A stretch of DNA of 64,000 nucleotides from the NCBI GenBank assembly GCA_051362555.1, contig CM120647.1, positions 15,228,651 through 15,292,650 on the forward strand, written 5' to 3'. This DNA comes from Lingula anatina. Lineage: Eukaryota > Animalia > Brachiopoda. Under the pieces are notes generated by a model. The model saw only the letters and a list, made by a program, of their open reading frames with translations. It was not told the origin of the DNA and did not search any database. Position 1 is the stretch's first letter. Every line of letters begins with the position of its first letter. A program made the position numbers and the translations under genes. This document shows positions 51,343 to 64,000 of the stretch, piece by piece.

Positions 51343-52548
51343 ATGCATTCACACTGGAGAGACTGTCAGGTAAATTCATCCTAAGTGTCGTCGTCATTAT
51401 CATCGCGTGTCAAGCTGTCTGGGATAGATTATCATGTCTAGTCACTTTCTATCCTTAGTACATCTCGGAAGATTTGTGGGTCTTTCATTTCAAGCGCCCT
51501 TAACACAGCGACCTGTACAGTCTTCTGTACCGCCACAGTTTTAGAAATTGACCTCCAACAGCCTGGTTATTGCGTAGGAGAGCCACCTAGTTTTGGGCCG
51601 CCGTCAATAATAAGTTGCTTGTTTACACAGACCGTCGTGAAGTGTCCTCTGAGTATCAGATTTGACAACCGAGTGTGCATTTTTACAACCGAGTGTGCAT
51701 TTTCTAATTTGTTAAAGCATAGATTACCCAACGCATTGGCGCTATGTTTTGTTAATCTTCATATTGGCGTTATGTAATCGACAGTCAGGAATGATTATAT
51801 AAAGAGCGGGATTTAAGTGTACCGCAGAGTAACTGACATGTTCTCATAAACTACGATGCTTAAACTAGAGGCATGTGATGTAAACAAGGAGAAGGTCGCC
51901 GTAGATTGAATGAGGGAGAAAGAAAAATGGAGAGAAGGCGGCGCGGGAACCAATGGAAAGTAGTTAATAAAGAGTACAAAAGACCATTAAGGTCTTGCGG
52001 TTTCTGTCTTGCGTAACAGCCAAAGAAAAAGTCAATACCCGTCATATTGACACGTTTTCATATTTATTCCCACGCAATATTACATGACTTCCCCCTGCTT
52101 GCCTGCCCTCCCCCCCCCCCCCCCCCCCCAGCTTGCAGCCTAAGGCCCTTCACTGACTACGATTATTCAGATAACTAATGAAAAGAGTGCACACTTTCAC
52201 GTGTCATTTACGTACTGTGACACGTGCCGCGTAAGTGATTGATTTTTTTCTAAAGCAAATGACGAAATTTAAGAAAGCATTTAAGCACAGATAAGTTTAG
52301 TGGGTACGTAGTTGGTGTGGTTGGACTTGAAATGACTTTCTACCTGTTTAGCCTGTTTTACAGAGTACTAAAGAGATATATCTATATTATTACATATATA
52401 TATATAAATGTATATACTAAAAAATACTAACTTTATGTTCGTCATTGTTCTAAAACGCTGAATAAGTTATGATTTAAATACAGAAGATTCCTTCTGTATT
52501 TAAATGAAAATGAAAGAAATGTATTTGTTTCCATCTAAACAAGATAGA

Positions 52549-52595
<47 letters not shown>

Positions 52596-55500
52596 ATGTA
52601 GATTTGTTAATTGGATGGTTGGTTAATTGACGACTGCTTTAATTAATTGATTAATTAGTACAGTTCTTGTTCATGTGGCTAGGCGTGGAGACGGGAAGGA
52701 CTGCCTCTTTCTACCACCAGCAACGACGCCTGCAAGATGTACGACGCTGTCCTCACACAGGTACCGTATAACTAGGTCTTAAGCACTTTTTTAAATATAG
52801 ATAGAAGCCTAAGGACTATATATAATGCGGTTCACTAAGAAAATAAGAAAAAAATAAATGTTAGAAAAGTAAGAAAAAAATCGCAAATGTCAGGGAAAAT
52901 ACTGCTGTAAATGACCGGATTTTCACAAACCTGTTCCCATTTCCAGTATGTCGGTTGGTATGAAGACCCCTCCGTTGGTGGCATTCAGAAAGCAATAGAG
53001 AACATGGCAACAGCAGACCCTAATTTCGGTAAGTGTCCACTTAGCCACTCTTTACTTAAAAATAGATAAATTAATAAAAATTAGGATGTCTGAAAATAAA
53101 TTAATAAACATGAAAACAGGACAGCTGTCTACCAAACTCTTTTGACTTTAAGAACAGGAAAAGGGGTATATAGATAGTAATTATTCAACGGTTTTGGACA
53201 CCGTATACCTTGGTGGTGAAAGGAAAAAAATTTTAATTACCATTACTTTGAAATATAACTCTTGCATGCATTGTATGCTTTCACATTTCCTGCTATTCCA
53301 GTTATGGCACACGTGATGGCTAATGGGCTGACTCTGTTAGCCGGAAATAAGTCGATAGCACATGACCCGGTGATGCAGGCCGCCGTGGCCAAGATGGCGC
53401 AATTGGCGGCAAAGAATAACATTACGGATCGAGAGCGGAACCACGTGTCTGCCGTAAAACTATGGGCAGAGGGGTAAAGTCTGTTATGTCTTGTAGACAC
53501 TAGCGATATGGGATGGGGGGATGCAGGGGCATTTATGCAGAACAAAGAAAGGCAAGAAAAAAATTTGGGCTAGGACAATTTTATTGTAATATATAGGAAA
53601 CAGGGATAAAATATTGCCTGGTTTTGTCTTATCTTTTTGTTATGGGAGGGGGGGGGGGGGAGGGAGGCGTTCGTTGAAAGCGGGAAGAAGGAATATGTGG
53701 GGCATATGTTAGCACCCCCTCCCCTAGACAGACCATTATACGAACATACTATCAGGTGAAAGTATTTCCTCTTCTTCTTATTATTATTATTGTTATAAAT
53801 GTACTTACTGTTGCTTTCTTCGACCAAACTTGCAGATAAATCATACATACAGATAAACAATATAGTCATTGTACAATGACACTGACAGACATTAGTCCCA
53901 AAACCTAATGCCAAATAAATATCCATTACATCCGAATTACCAATTGTACAGAATTAAAATTTGGTGACTTTGCTTGTATTATTGCATCAGAATTGACAGT
54001 AGCTTATTTTGTGCATTATTATTTTCTGTTTATTGTCTGCACAGTTGACTGCTTTGCTGCCTTTGTTTATTTTTTGTACTCGTTGCATCTCGAAACATTT
54101 GAAATGAATCAAGTGTTTGAAAAAAAGCTTCCTTAAGTAATGTTTATTCACCCTGAGGTTCAGCGAAAATTTGAAACAAATCTCTACGCTGTAGCATACC
54201 TTTGCCATTTCAAGTTGAGTTGTGTTTCAAGTTATCTCTGAAGCTCGGGTTGTGTGTGTTGGATTTAGCCTTAAACTTGTCTCCTTCGATTAAAACCAAT
54301 ACTCTGACATATATTTTCATACTTTTGAATAAGTAGACTGAAAAATAAAACAAGATTGTTTTTCTCGAATTTTCTTTGCATGTGGTAGGACCCAACGTTA
54401 TAAACCTCTTGCTGTACGTTGTAATTCTAATATGGCTCCAGACATTCCTTAACATATCAACCAGCATTAGTCTGGGCTGACAAAGGTATCACCCAGTGGG
54501 TACTAAAAAAAGAAACAATAGCACCAAAGTCTACCCGTTTCTTTACGTTAGACGTAATATCACGTGTTTTCTTCTCAGGTTTCCTCGCACCGCACCTGTG
54601 TTCAAGGTGTAATACTTCGTATTTTCAATGGAAATACTGCTAATAGTCTTCAATCAAATATTATCCAGTTTCGCCTGCCTTGTTCAAGTCCGTTTGGTAG
54701 TGCCTGTCAGCTGGCCATGCTGGTCAAAGTTTGGTATTTTCATATACTGTTTACAATGGTTAGAATTTTTTTAACTCGCACATCAAATTGGGTTACGTAC
54801 ACTCAGATGTGTTTTTGGAGTGAATTATTTTTGTTGTGTTATTTCGTGTAATATCACTACTGTGTAATATGAGTACTGCTTTTGAGGTTATGCACTTTGC
54901 CTACTAATCGCAGTTACTACCGGGGTACCTTGAATATTCTACAGCTGCGCACACGTCCAAAAAAGAAGTCAGTTGCTTGTAGTCCCTGCTTGTTTTACTT
55001 TGAATTTAAACTTGGAGCTGGAGTCACAAAAGAACTACAAAAGTAAACCTTAAACTGGTCTTAAACTTTAAGACCAGTACTTCAGGCAAGATAAATTCGA
55101 AGAATTACTCTTTAATTAAACAGGCATTGTCCTAGTCTGGTCGGAGGTACGCCAATGACTTTCTTATTGTAAAAAAAAAGTTGCAACATTTCATGCCTTT
55201 GGAGCGCTGCTGATCTATCTTGGGTCAAAGCAGTCTAAATACACTGTATATATTTAAGACCAGTCTAGAATTGTATTTTTAAAAGACAAGCTTTTGGGCA
55301 AAAATATTTTTAAGACGAAATACTAAATACGTAGTCCTGTTTGAGTACCACTTAGGCGGTAACACATGTTGTTTAGATCAGCCAAAAAACGTCACGGAAG
55401 TATTGCTCCAATAACCTCAATCCGCTTATGTTCCTTTTATAGACCTCAACTAGGTAATTGCTCGCTTGCAACTGTGAACTTCTCTGACCTTGACCCAATT

Positions 55501-58500
55501 AAAGATTTTTTAAATGTTTTGTTTGTAAAGGGACACTCCGGGAGCGTGTAAGATTTGGGAAGACATCCTGTTGGATCATCCGACCGATTTACTGGCCCTG
55601 AAAATGGCCGCTGACACCTACTTTTTTAATGGAATGAAACCGGAAATGAGAGACAGCGTAAGCCGCGTGCTGCCGTCTTGGAAACCTTCCATACCACTCT
55701 ATGGGTAGCGTGCGCAATTAGCTGTTTTTTATTTGTTATATCATATATGTTGTTAATAAATTATTTTTTCTGATGAGCACCTGCTGAACGAGAAAATTTT
55801 CTTAATTACGATAATTAAAATTATTACCGTTTATTCACAATAAGAAGTCTGTTGTATAGTTTTTTTGTGCTTCGTGGAAGGACTCATTATATGTAGGTGG
55901 TTCACAAAATATGCAGTTCATTAAATTTGAACATGTTTCTACATTCAATGATTGACTTCATAAATACATTGTCAACTGAATTTTGTAGATATTTGACAGG
56001 TATGCATGCTTTTACGTTGGAAGAAACGTATTTATACGACGAGGCCGTGAAGACGGCTAACAAGGTAAATATGTGTATTTATATAATATAATATAATGTG
56101 GCTGAAAAGGGATAAACACTGTTAAGAAATCTGTTACAAAGTTGAATGGAAGAAGGTTGTTTTCAAGTTGTGGATATTCTTCAAATCCAAAGGTATTCGC
56201 TGGGATAATGCTATATAAAAAAGGTTCAGCAATTACTCTTCGACTTAATAAGCTTGATGTTGATACATGTACATGTATAATATGTGAAATCTGTTCTTTA
56301 CTTCATTTTATGTAATACATTATGATACGGTCGCTTTGCGGCCTTTGGGGTTCTTGTCTTCGTGGGTTTTTATGAAAGACACGTCGTTTACATTTATATT
56401 GAATTTATTTACAATTTTCTGTAAAGCAGTTGATCAAAAGGAAAGATGCCACTAATAAAGTCATGTCGGTAATGTAGGCTATATACAATAAGCAGTCTTA
56501 TTTGAAGGCATGGGATTCTAATAGCCATAAAAATACGTCATATAAATAATACAAATAGTAGTATTTGCTTGAGAAAGGGGTCATTAATTCAGCACATGCA
56601 GAATTCACGTTTGTCTAAAGAAAAACAATTAATGAAAATATTATCTTTCTTTCAGGCCTTGAACATCAATCCAAAAGACGGCTTTGCAACTCACGCGATA
56701 TCTCACGTGTACGAGATGAGAGGGGAGCACAACAAGGGCATCGATCTCATGTCTTCTAATGAACGCGACTGGATGGTGAGTTTATCTCATTTCTAGAAAT
56801 GCGCAGGAATGATGACTGAACCAAAGCTAGATATCATTTAAGTTATGTTTTGTTGACATTGACTATGTGATTTTTGACGTAGGCCTACAGCTGTATGCTT
56901 AAGCACCGAGTAAAAGTTAGTTTAAAGGGTGGTCTCTGATATCGGACATTGATTACATTTTAATTAGTAAAATGAGTAATAAGATATACGAATCCTTCAA
57001 CTTTTACCCTTTTTTAAATAATTTGAAAATTATTTAAAATTAAAAATATAGCGCCATTTATATGTAAAAATCAGACAGAACATTGCATTTAAAAGAACTG
57101 ATCAAGGTCTGAATAGACCTAATTTTTGAGGCTTGTTGTTAAGACATTCCTTCAATTTTTAATTACTTTTGTGGAACTTAATCTTTATATCTAAATGTCA
57201 GACTTGCAGAGCGATAGCTGGTCACTGCTACTGGCATTGGGCTGTGTACCACGTAGAAAAGGTATGATGTGCATTATATCTATGTATTTTACGTTTGCTA
57301 TTTGAAACTGGATCCAAGCTTCGTTACTTACCAAAACATTAGGCATTGGAAGAAAAAAAGCCAGAATATTTGTTTTATCCAAGTTTTACAATTCGCTGGC
57401 GGATACATTATTATATTATATTATATTATATTATATTATATTATATTATATTATATTATATTATTTACGTTCCAATTGAAAATTACTGCATGTGAAACAA
57501 ACATGCTTTTATTCCACCATTTGGCTTTCACCTTGAACGGTTTATGGTTATATAAGCCACACAAAACGGGTTAAAAACACTATACTGTTTGTAGATTATT
57601 GTAACAAAATGAATAAATAAATAGTTAAAGCAAACAATCAAAACGGAAGCAGATTTTTACAATCTTAAGGCCCTATCCTACCAAAGTGACTGCCGATCCA
57701 GTTTATTTCTTTCAGAGATGTAGGGCTCCGTGTCCACACTCATCAAAATGGCATAATTTCTCACGTTTTTATTGTAATTATTAAGTTTTACACAAGTTTT
57801 AGTATTACAAATCGGTTTTTAAGATCTGTGTAAACTGTGATGTATATCTTTGTTCATTGTTGTTACCTCTGTTCAGCTGGTATGCCAGATGATATTTTGG
57901 GATGAAAAATGTCTGTTTCATAAATGTAGGATGGTTTTAAATATAACATCAAATATATTTCTTTCAAAACAAGGGTGAATACGAGAAAGCTCTCGACATA
58001 TTTGACGCCGAGCTGGGAAAGCGTTGCAATGATGGCAACATGTTGGATCTTACCGATGCCTGCTCTATGCTGTACAGACTAGAGATGGAAGGTGTGTGAA
58101 AAAATAAATAATATTGAAATGGATTAACAATAAATAAATTAATAAACAGGGAAACACATAGGAAAAAGTATGAATTTATTTCTTTATGTAAAGAAAATCC
58201 CAAATATGTACCTTTGTAAGAATTGGCCTTCTCTTCCTCTCAGTCCACCGGACCTCTAGATGTTAAAAATACAAAATGCAAATAACCTGTTTGCATGTAT
58301 TGCAAGCATCGTCCAGTTGTCCGCCAAGCATTATCTTAGGCTTCGTTCACATGGAAAGTCTATTTTCTAAAGCGCGAGCCAGTTACTATAAGTTACTATA
58401 AGTAACTGGCTCTCGCTGCCAGTAATTACGCCGCGGGATATTCAGGGCACAGACCGTGATCATAAGATACCGCGAATAGAAAATAGATTTTTAGAAAAGC

Positions 58501-60039
58501 TTAACCTGTGTCGTTACTGATGCATTTGTTTTTGTCTAAAATTAGGAGTAAATGTTGGAGAAAGATGGAACGAGATTCTTGAGACGTGTCAGAGTCACGT
58601 GGGTGATCACGTGCAGTGCTTCACTGACGCCCACATTCTCATGGCGCTTCTTGGGGCTAAGGAGAAAGAAATAGCAAAACAAATGATGGATTCGATAAAG
58701 TCATTTGCAGTGTAAGTTTTGCTTGTTTTCCATCTTTTCAACCCCCGTTTTTATTTCCAGTAAGCACACAGGTCTATAAAAATTATCATTTTGTCCTCCT
58801 CTGTAAGAAAACGAAGTTTTTCTATTTAACACAAAGGATAGTCATCAAAACTTCAGTTACTAACACTAAAATGCTTTTTGTTTTGAAACAGTAAATTACT
58901 AATTTTAATCCTTGTTATTTTAATACACATTTTGTTTTGATACAGTAAATTCTTGATTTTAATCCTTGTTATTAAAAAATCCATTTAAAAGAGAATCACG
59001 TTATTTTATTGCCAGCGGTGGTTCAGTTTTGAAAGATTTGTATATTCTAGTAAGGGGCGTGGCCACAACCATGAGGTTGCAGCGGAAGTTGGCGTGCCTC
59101 TTTGTGAAGCCTTCGAAGCATACGATAATGGTGACTTTGGTAAAGCAGTTGACTTGCTGTATCCTATTCGTTATAAAGTCATAAAAATAGGCGGAAGTCA
59201 CGCACAGGTGATTGAGAAGATTCTTGAGTTAAACTTAATTTTGTTAATATTTGATATTATTTGTTTGGTCACGTTTAGAAAAAATAAATACAAAAAGTAA
59301 AGATGATAATGAAATAGTTCTGTTTTTGTTTCTGTCGAGTTTAATGACGCCGATTAGGACATTTCCGTTGATGTCATTAGGCAGACTAATTTGTCGTTTT
59401 ATGAAATTATTTTGGCGAATGCATAAAGTGAAATCATTCTCCTAGTATTTTGCTGTAATAAATTTCATTTTATGTCCATGTAGAGAGATGTCTTCAACCT
59501 GTTTCTCATCCAAGCCGCGCTGAAATCACAGGAGAAAAAACACCACAAGATAGCAAGGTAACAGTAAAACAGTAGGATCTTAGTGCATGTAGCCTTCATG
59601 CAAAATTATACATGTCCATAGTGAAGAAAATGTCCATTTATTATATAAAAATACTAATTAAAAATTTATTTGAAAAAAAAAAAAAAAAACGCTTACGAAA
59701 TCGAGACCAGTTAAGCCCACCAAGTCCACGGTATTTTACTCAGTACCTCAGAATCTCGCCACCTACATTTAATGTTTATTTTTCAAGTGAGAAAGCATAC
59801 GTCATTACCACAGGTGTTGAAATCAATAAAAGCTGCTCTGAAGTCCAGGTCAACTTATGCAATATTTTTTATATATTTGCAAGATATAAGTAAGCTTCAT
59901 CGAAATATTATCAGACGCTCGTGTTGATGGAGGTATGTTAATTTCCAGGATTTTATTGAATGAAAGGAAGGCACTGAAGGAGAACTCGCCCATGACTGAC
60001 CGACTGATCCAGAAAGCACTGGCACTGCATGCTGATTGA
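51343..60039 (+). CDS. TTC38: Tetratricopeptide repeat protein 38, ~13 coding exons
   Basis: Exons at about 51343-51369, 52683-52760, 52947-53028, 53302-53473, 55531-55704, 55990-56063, 56656-56775, 57202-57261, 57974-58091, 58546-58711, 59051-59207, 59483-59557 and 59949-60039. Peptides [74 protein letters not shown] and ERKALKENSPMTDRL. Confidence 0.94.
52472..52505. repeat. Perfect 15-bp-stem hairpin in TTC38 intron 1
   Basis: ATTTAAATACAGAAG-ATTC-CTTCTGTATTTAAAT. Confidence 0.85.
58338..58495. mobile_element. Small palindromic MITE-like remnant
   Basis: TCTATTTTCTA / TAGAAAATAGA inverted arms enclosing the palindrome GAGCCAGTTAC..GTAACTGGCTC. Confidence 0.45.
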
Positions 60040-60369
60040 AGACAGCAATTTTGGGGAAATAAAAATCAAAATAAAGGATCGTGTTTGATACGAAAAGGTA
60101 TAACATGGCTATAATGTAGCATAAAATATGATTTATGTATATCTGAATGAATGATTAATTTAGTTTTTTAAATAAATTACATATTCATAATTGACTTACT
60201 GGTACCGATAATAATATAGAACAAATTCAACTTTAGTCGTGGGGACGCTTTTTCTGTTAATATAACGATGCAGTGTGTTATAGACATAAATTTAAAGCGT
60301 GTTATATAATTTGTATGATACAGAGATGATTCATTGCTCGGTGTTGTCTCCCTTCGCTCACTGTCTGAT

Positions 60370-60790
60370 AGTCCTTGCGACAACTTTGAGGCCTTTAGAT
60401 GCTGAAGCTAATTAAAGGCGTCCTTTTAAGCCTAAAAGTTAAGTTTTGGAGATCACATCGCATAAATCTGAGGGGAACACGTTCAAAAGTAAGTCGCTAC
60501 TTGGGTACAGGTCCTTTTACTATAAGCAGAGAATAAAGCTGTCTGTATAATAGCCCTCTGTGATGACGACCTGAGACAAGCAATGCATACGAGAAAGCAT
60601 TTCCAGAGCACAGTTTAAGCACACCCGAGTCTCATCCAAGGCAATGGCGATCATGGACTCCCTTTTTTTTATATATATATATATATATTGGTAGTGTTGG
60701 AACCAATTAATTGTTTATTAATAATAATAATAATAATAACAAACTTTTCTCAAATTTTCTTGTTATCGTTTTCCTTATGTAGTCTTTATC
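60370..60790 (+). repeat. Copy 2 of the diverged direct repeat, downstream of TTC38
   Basis: Colinear similarity to 49960-50400: CCTTGC.ACAAC, CTGA.GCTAATT, AAAGGCGT, TTCAAAAGT, TACTTGG and CATTTCCAGAGCACA.TTTAAGCACACCCGAGTCTCA. Confidence 0.75.
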
Positions 60791-61934
60791 GTTTCTCGAT
60801 GCGCGTTGCCATAGTTAAATTATGACAAAGTGCTCACCTCGAGGTTTTATCGAGGCCTACAGTACACACCTGTTTTCCATCACAGAGTTTTGGAGATTAT
60901 TTGAAATAACAGATTGGAGCGTCATGATGTACATCTATACCATACAGCAATATATGACGTGAACTGTGTAATCTTTTCAACGTATAAACTGGGTTCATTT
61001 GTTAATAGGAACAGGAAATAACACGCTATTTAAGATTACATGTCCGTCTTTTGACCAGTGCTGGCAAGCGACTAAACGACCGAAGATGACAAAATATAGT
61101 CAGGCGATATTGGTTTATTAGTTTGCGTACGTTACTATTCTGTTCGTTTACAGTATTTTTCAGTTACACTATGCTTAGACAATATGTAAAGGCTATTAGG
61201 CTTATATGCCCCCCCCCCCTTCCCCATAGTTACTAGCACAATGTTTAAGTCAGTTAAGAGGGCGTGTTAACTCTACAGTCCAACGGATTGTTTTAGATTT
61301 TCTCCTCCTTCCACGAGTGTGTATAAGGTCACCATTTCACTGGCGTGTTTGCTGAAACGCGTGTACTGGCCTTGTTTTCACAGAAACCAACCATACCGAC
61401 TTGGGCCTTGCATATTATTTCATGAGCCAGCCTGTGTCGCTCTTTTCATCTGGGGAAGATGCTTCACTACACTCGTGTCTTTGAGGGAAGGGCTACAGCA
61501 CACGACAGGGAATGTGCTGAACAAAATGTGTATAAAACTATGTTTAGATTAATTGAACAGGATACCTCCTTTCGCTGCGTAAGTTAGTCTTAGACGTGCT
61601 GTGGGGAACTCACGAAACACTTATAACTTTTGACGGAGGAGTTATAGAGAACACACGTAAGATATATGACTGTTGGACGAATGCGTCCTTCTCTTATCCA
61701 GTGAGGTACATATCGTGTACTCCCTTGTCTTGTCTAACATGAAATGGCACTGAAGCACTGTCTTTATTACGCCATGGTTCTGTTCTTGATGCTAGGGATT
61801 CAGTCCAGGTGTCTTGGCAAAGTGTAGAAAAATACTGTGGTATCCATCCAGCAACTGCCAAACAGCCAACAACGCTCCATATGTATTTCATAAAATTCCT
61901 TCGCACTGGTGGAAATGAGTCTCTCCCCCCCCCC

Positions 61935-61965
<31 letters not shown>

Positions 61966-62095
61966 CCAACACACACACAATCTTCTCATTGAAAATTATC
62001 ACTGGGGCTATTATTAAAACACTCACTTATATGTTTGTTTTTACAATTAAAGCACATTAATAATATAGTCTTAATCAAATTAAAGACGTGTAATT

Positions 62096-63892
62096 CTAAT
62101 CCCAGCAATTTTCCTCATCACTGCCGTCTCCACAGTCGTCGTTCTTGTCGCACTGATAGATAGGATAAATGCAGCGACCGTTTGTGCATTTGACGTTGGG
62201 CTGAGGGCATGGACAGTTCTTCTCGTCGCTCCCGTCTCCACAATCGTCCTGCATGTCGCACACCCACTGGGGAAATATGCAAATCCCAGTGGGGCACTGG
62301 TGGGTCTTGTTCTCGGAGACGCATTGGCAGTTTCCGGTGTCGTCTGCTTCGTCACTTCCGTCCCCACAGTCGTCGTAACCATCGCATTTGAATGCGACCA
62401 TGATGCATTTGCCGTTTGCGCACTCGAATTGCTTGTCCCCACACGGAGACGGGCAATCTAGTTCGTCGCTGCCGTCAAAGCAGTCCTTCGTGCGACTGCG
62501 ATCGCAAGCCAAAATCGCATGGATGCACTGCCCGTTTGCGCACTTGAATTGCCGTTCGGGGTCACAGTCAGAGAACGTACAGTTATCTTCGTCCCCGCCG
62601 TCTGCGCAATCGAGAGAGTAATCGCACACGAAATCTTTCGGAATGCACTCAGCGTTTGAGCATTCGAAGCCCAGGCTACCGCAGCGGTTTGGACAGTCTT
62701 TTTCGTCACTTCTGTCGGGGCAGTCGTTGACAAAGTCGCACCTCACTGACTCTGGCACGCAGCCTCCCTGGGCACAGGTGAACTCCGTGTCGTTACAAGG
62801 CCTGTAGGTGCAATTTGTTTCGTCGTACCTGTCACCACAGTCGTCATAATGGTCGCAGACAAGAGCGACAGGAATGCATCTACCATTTAGACACCGAAAT
62901 TCGAAACTTTGGCATGGCGGCATGCAGCCTGTTTCGTCACTTCCGTCTCCGCAGTGATCTATGTCGTCACACACCAGTGACGCTTGGATACATCGTTTGT
63001 TAGCACACTCATACTGGTCGCCAGTACAAGGGCATTCCATTTCGTCCTTTCTGTCTTCACAATCGTATCGCCCGTTGCAACGCCAAGAGAGCGGAATCAA
63101 GGCGCCATTTCCACATTGGAAGGTGGTGCCCTCTATCGACTTGATCTGATCGCATTCGATTTTTGAGCAATTGCCGTTGGCCAGAGAAGGTCCTTGTAAA
63201 GCGAATTCGGTTAAGCGGCTCCATTCGCAATCAGAACCACCTGCAATGAAATAATTGACCGGAGTGAAATGCATGTATATGAAATAGGGAGAACTTGATA
63301 ACACGAGAATAAACATTTGTTACGAAAAATATAAAAAGACGTTTTGATCTAATTTCCCATTATTTTATTATTTTTTGACTTTGAGCTCGAAACAGCAGTT
63401 ACGTTAACTTGCCACCAACCATCACACTTGAATACCGTTAACATCCAGCGTTGACGAGGTCTCTCCTTATTAAAGTTTTACCTACATGTAAAACGCACCC
63501 TTTCATTCATTGTTTCAGATTACTGGCTGTAAATTTTCTGTAAGTAACATACGCTTTTCGAAACCCTGCCTTTCATAGCACTTTCACATGAATCTCCTTA
63601 AATGAACCAGACACGACATTGTAAAAAAAAAAAAAAAATTCAACTTTTTTCAACATCGTCGTTTTGCTGGTTAACAAAGTTCAGATTCTCCAATTGTCTA
63701 TCATATAGACTGAGCAAAGGTATAAACGCCCCGTGTGAATAATACCTAACATTTGCACGGGCCGTTTATATTTTTATCTCAGTGTACGCAATGTACTGGA
63801 CCAACCTGCAGACGGATCCACCAGGCCATTGCAAATGGCTTCAGGGTCCACATTCATACAAGTCAGCTCCTTGTAACACACGGATGTCACAT
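62096..63892 (-). CDS. LDL-receptor class A repeat protein, 3' part (gene starts beyond the window)
   Basis: Phase-1 exon 63806-63892 ([29 protein letters not shown]) splices to a large exon from 63240 that encodes nine LDLa modules (F.C.NG.CI....CD...DC.DGSDE..C) and ends ENCWD*. Confidence 0.85.
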
Positions 63893-64000
63893 CTGGAAAG
63901 GAAACGTGGTCACATTTCGGTGCGGTTGATGGAGAACCCAAAATGAACTAGTCTGACAATGGTAGATGTTGTCAGACGTGGGTTATTATATTAGAATATC

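Noticed and set aside
62080-63166. Overlapping alternate-frame and antisense ORFs
   Set aside because: Shadows of the GC-rich LDLa exon.

Overview
AT-rich, intron-containing animal genomic DNA; the protein sequences and repeat content suggest an invertebrate, probably a mollusc (inference). Genes read by hand across GT-AG introns, in order: DNALI1 (-) head-to-head with EMC2 (+), a solitary stem-loop histone H1 (-), ERGIC3 (+) with a complete ROMO1 gene nested antisense in one intron (missed by the ORF track), a PRL/PTP4A phosphatase (+) with a ~22 kb multi-exon 5' leader, TTC38 (+), and the 3' part of an LDL-receptor class A repeat gene (-). The PTP4A leader intron holds a young 5'-truncated LINE with a target-site duplication and a three-layer nest of non-autonomous DNA transposons with 5-bp TSDs. 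The most notable signal is a peptide uORF in the PTP4A leader (GHTFMEF..SGEYCQAQH) that matches, as I recall it, the Mg2+-sensing uORF of vertebrate PTP4A1/2. Other notable signals are an unexplained GC-rich folded element with a TATA+Inr promoter near 11.9-12.07 kb, a duplicated ERGIC3 splice acceptor that would cause a frameshift, and diverged direct repeats of the PTP4A 3' end bracketing TTC38. Exon coordinates were read by eye and may be off by a few bases.
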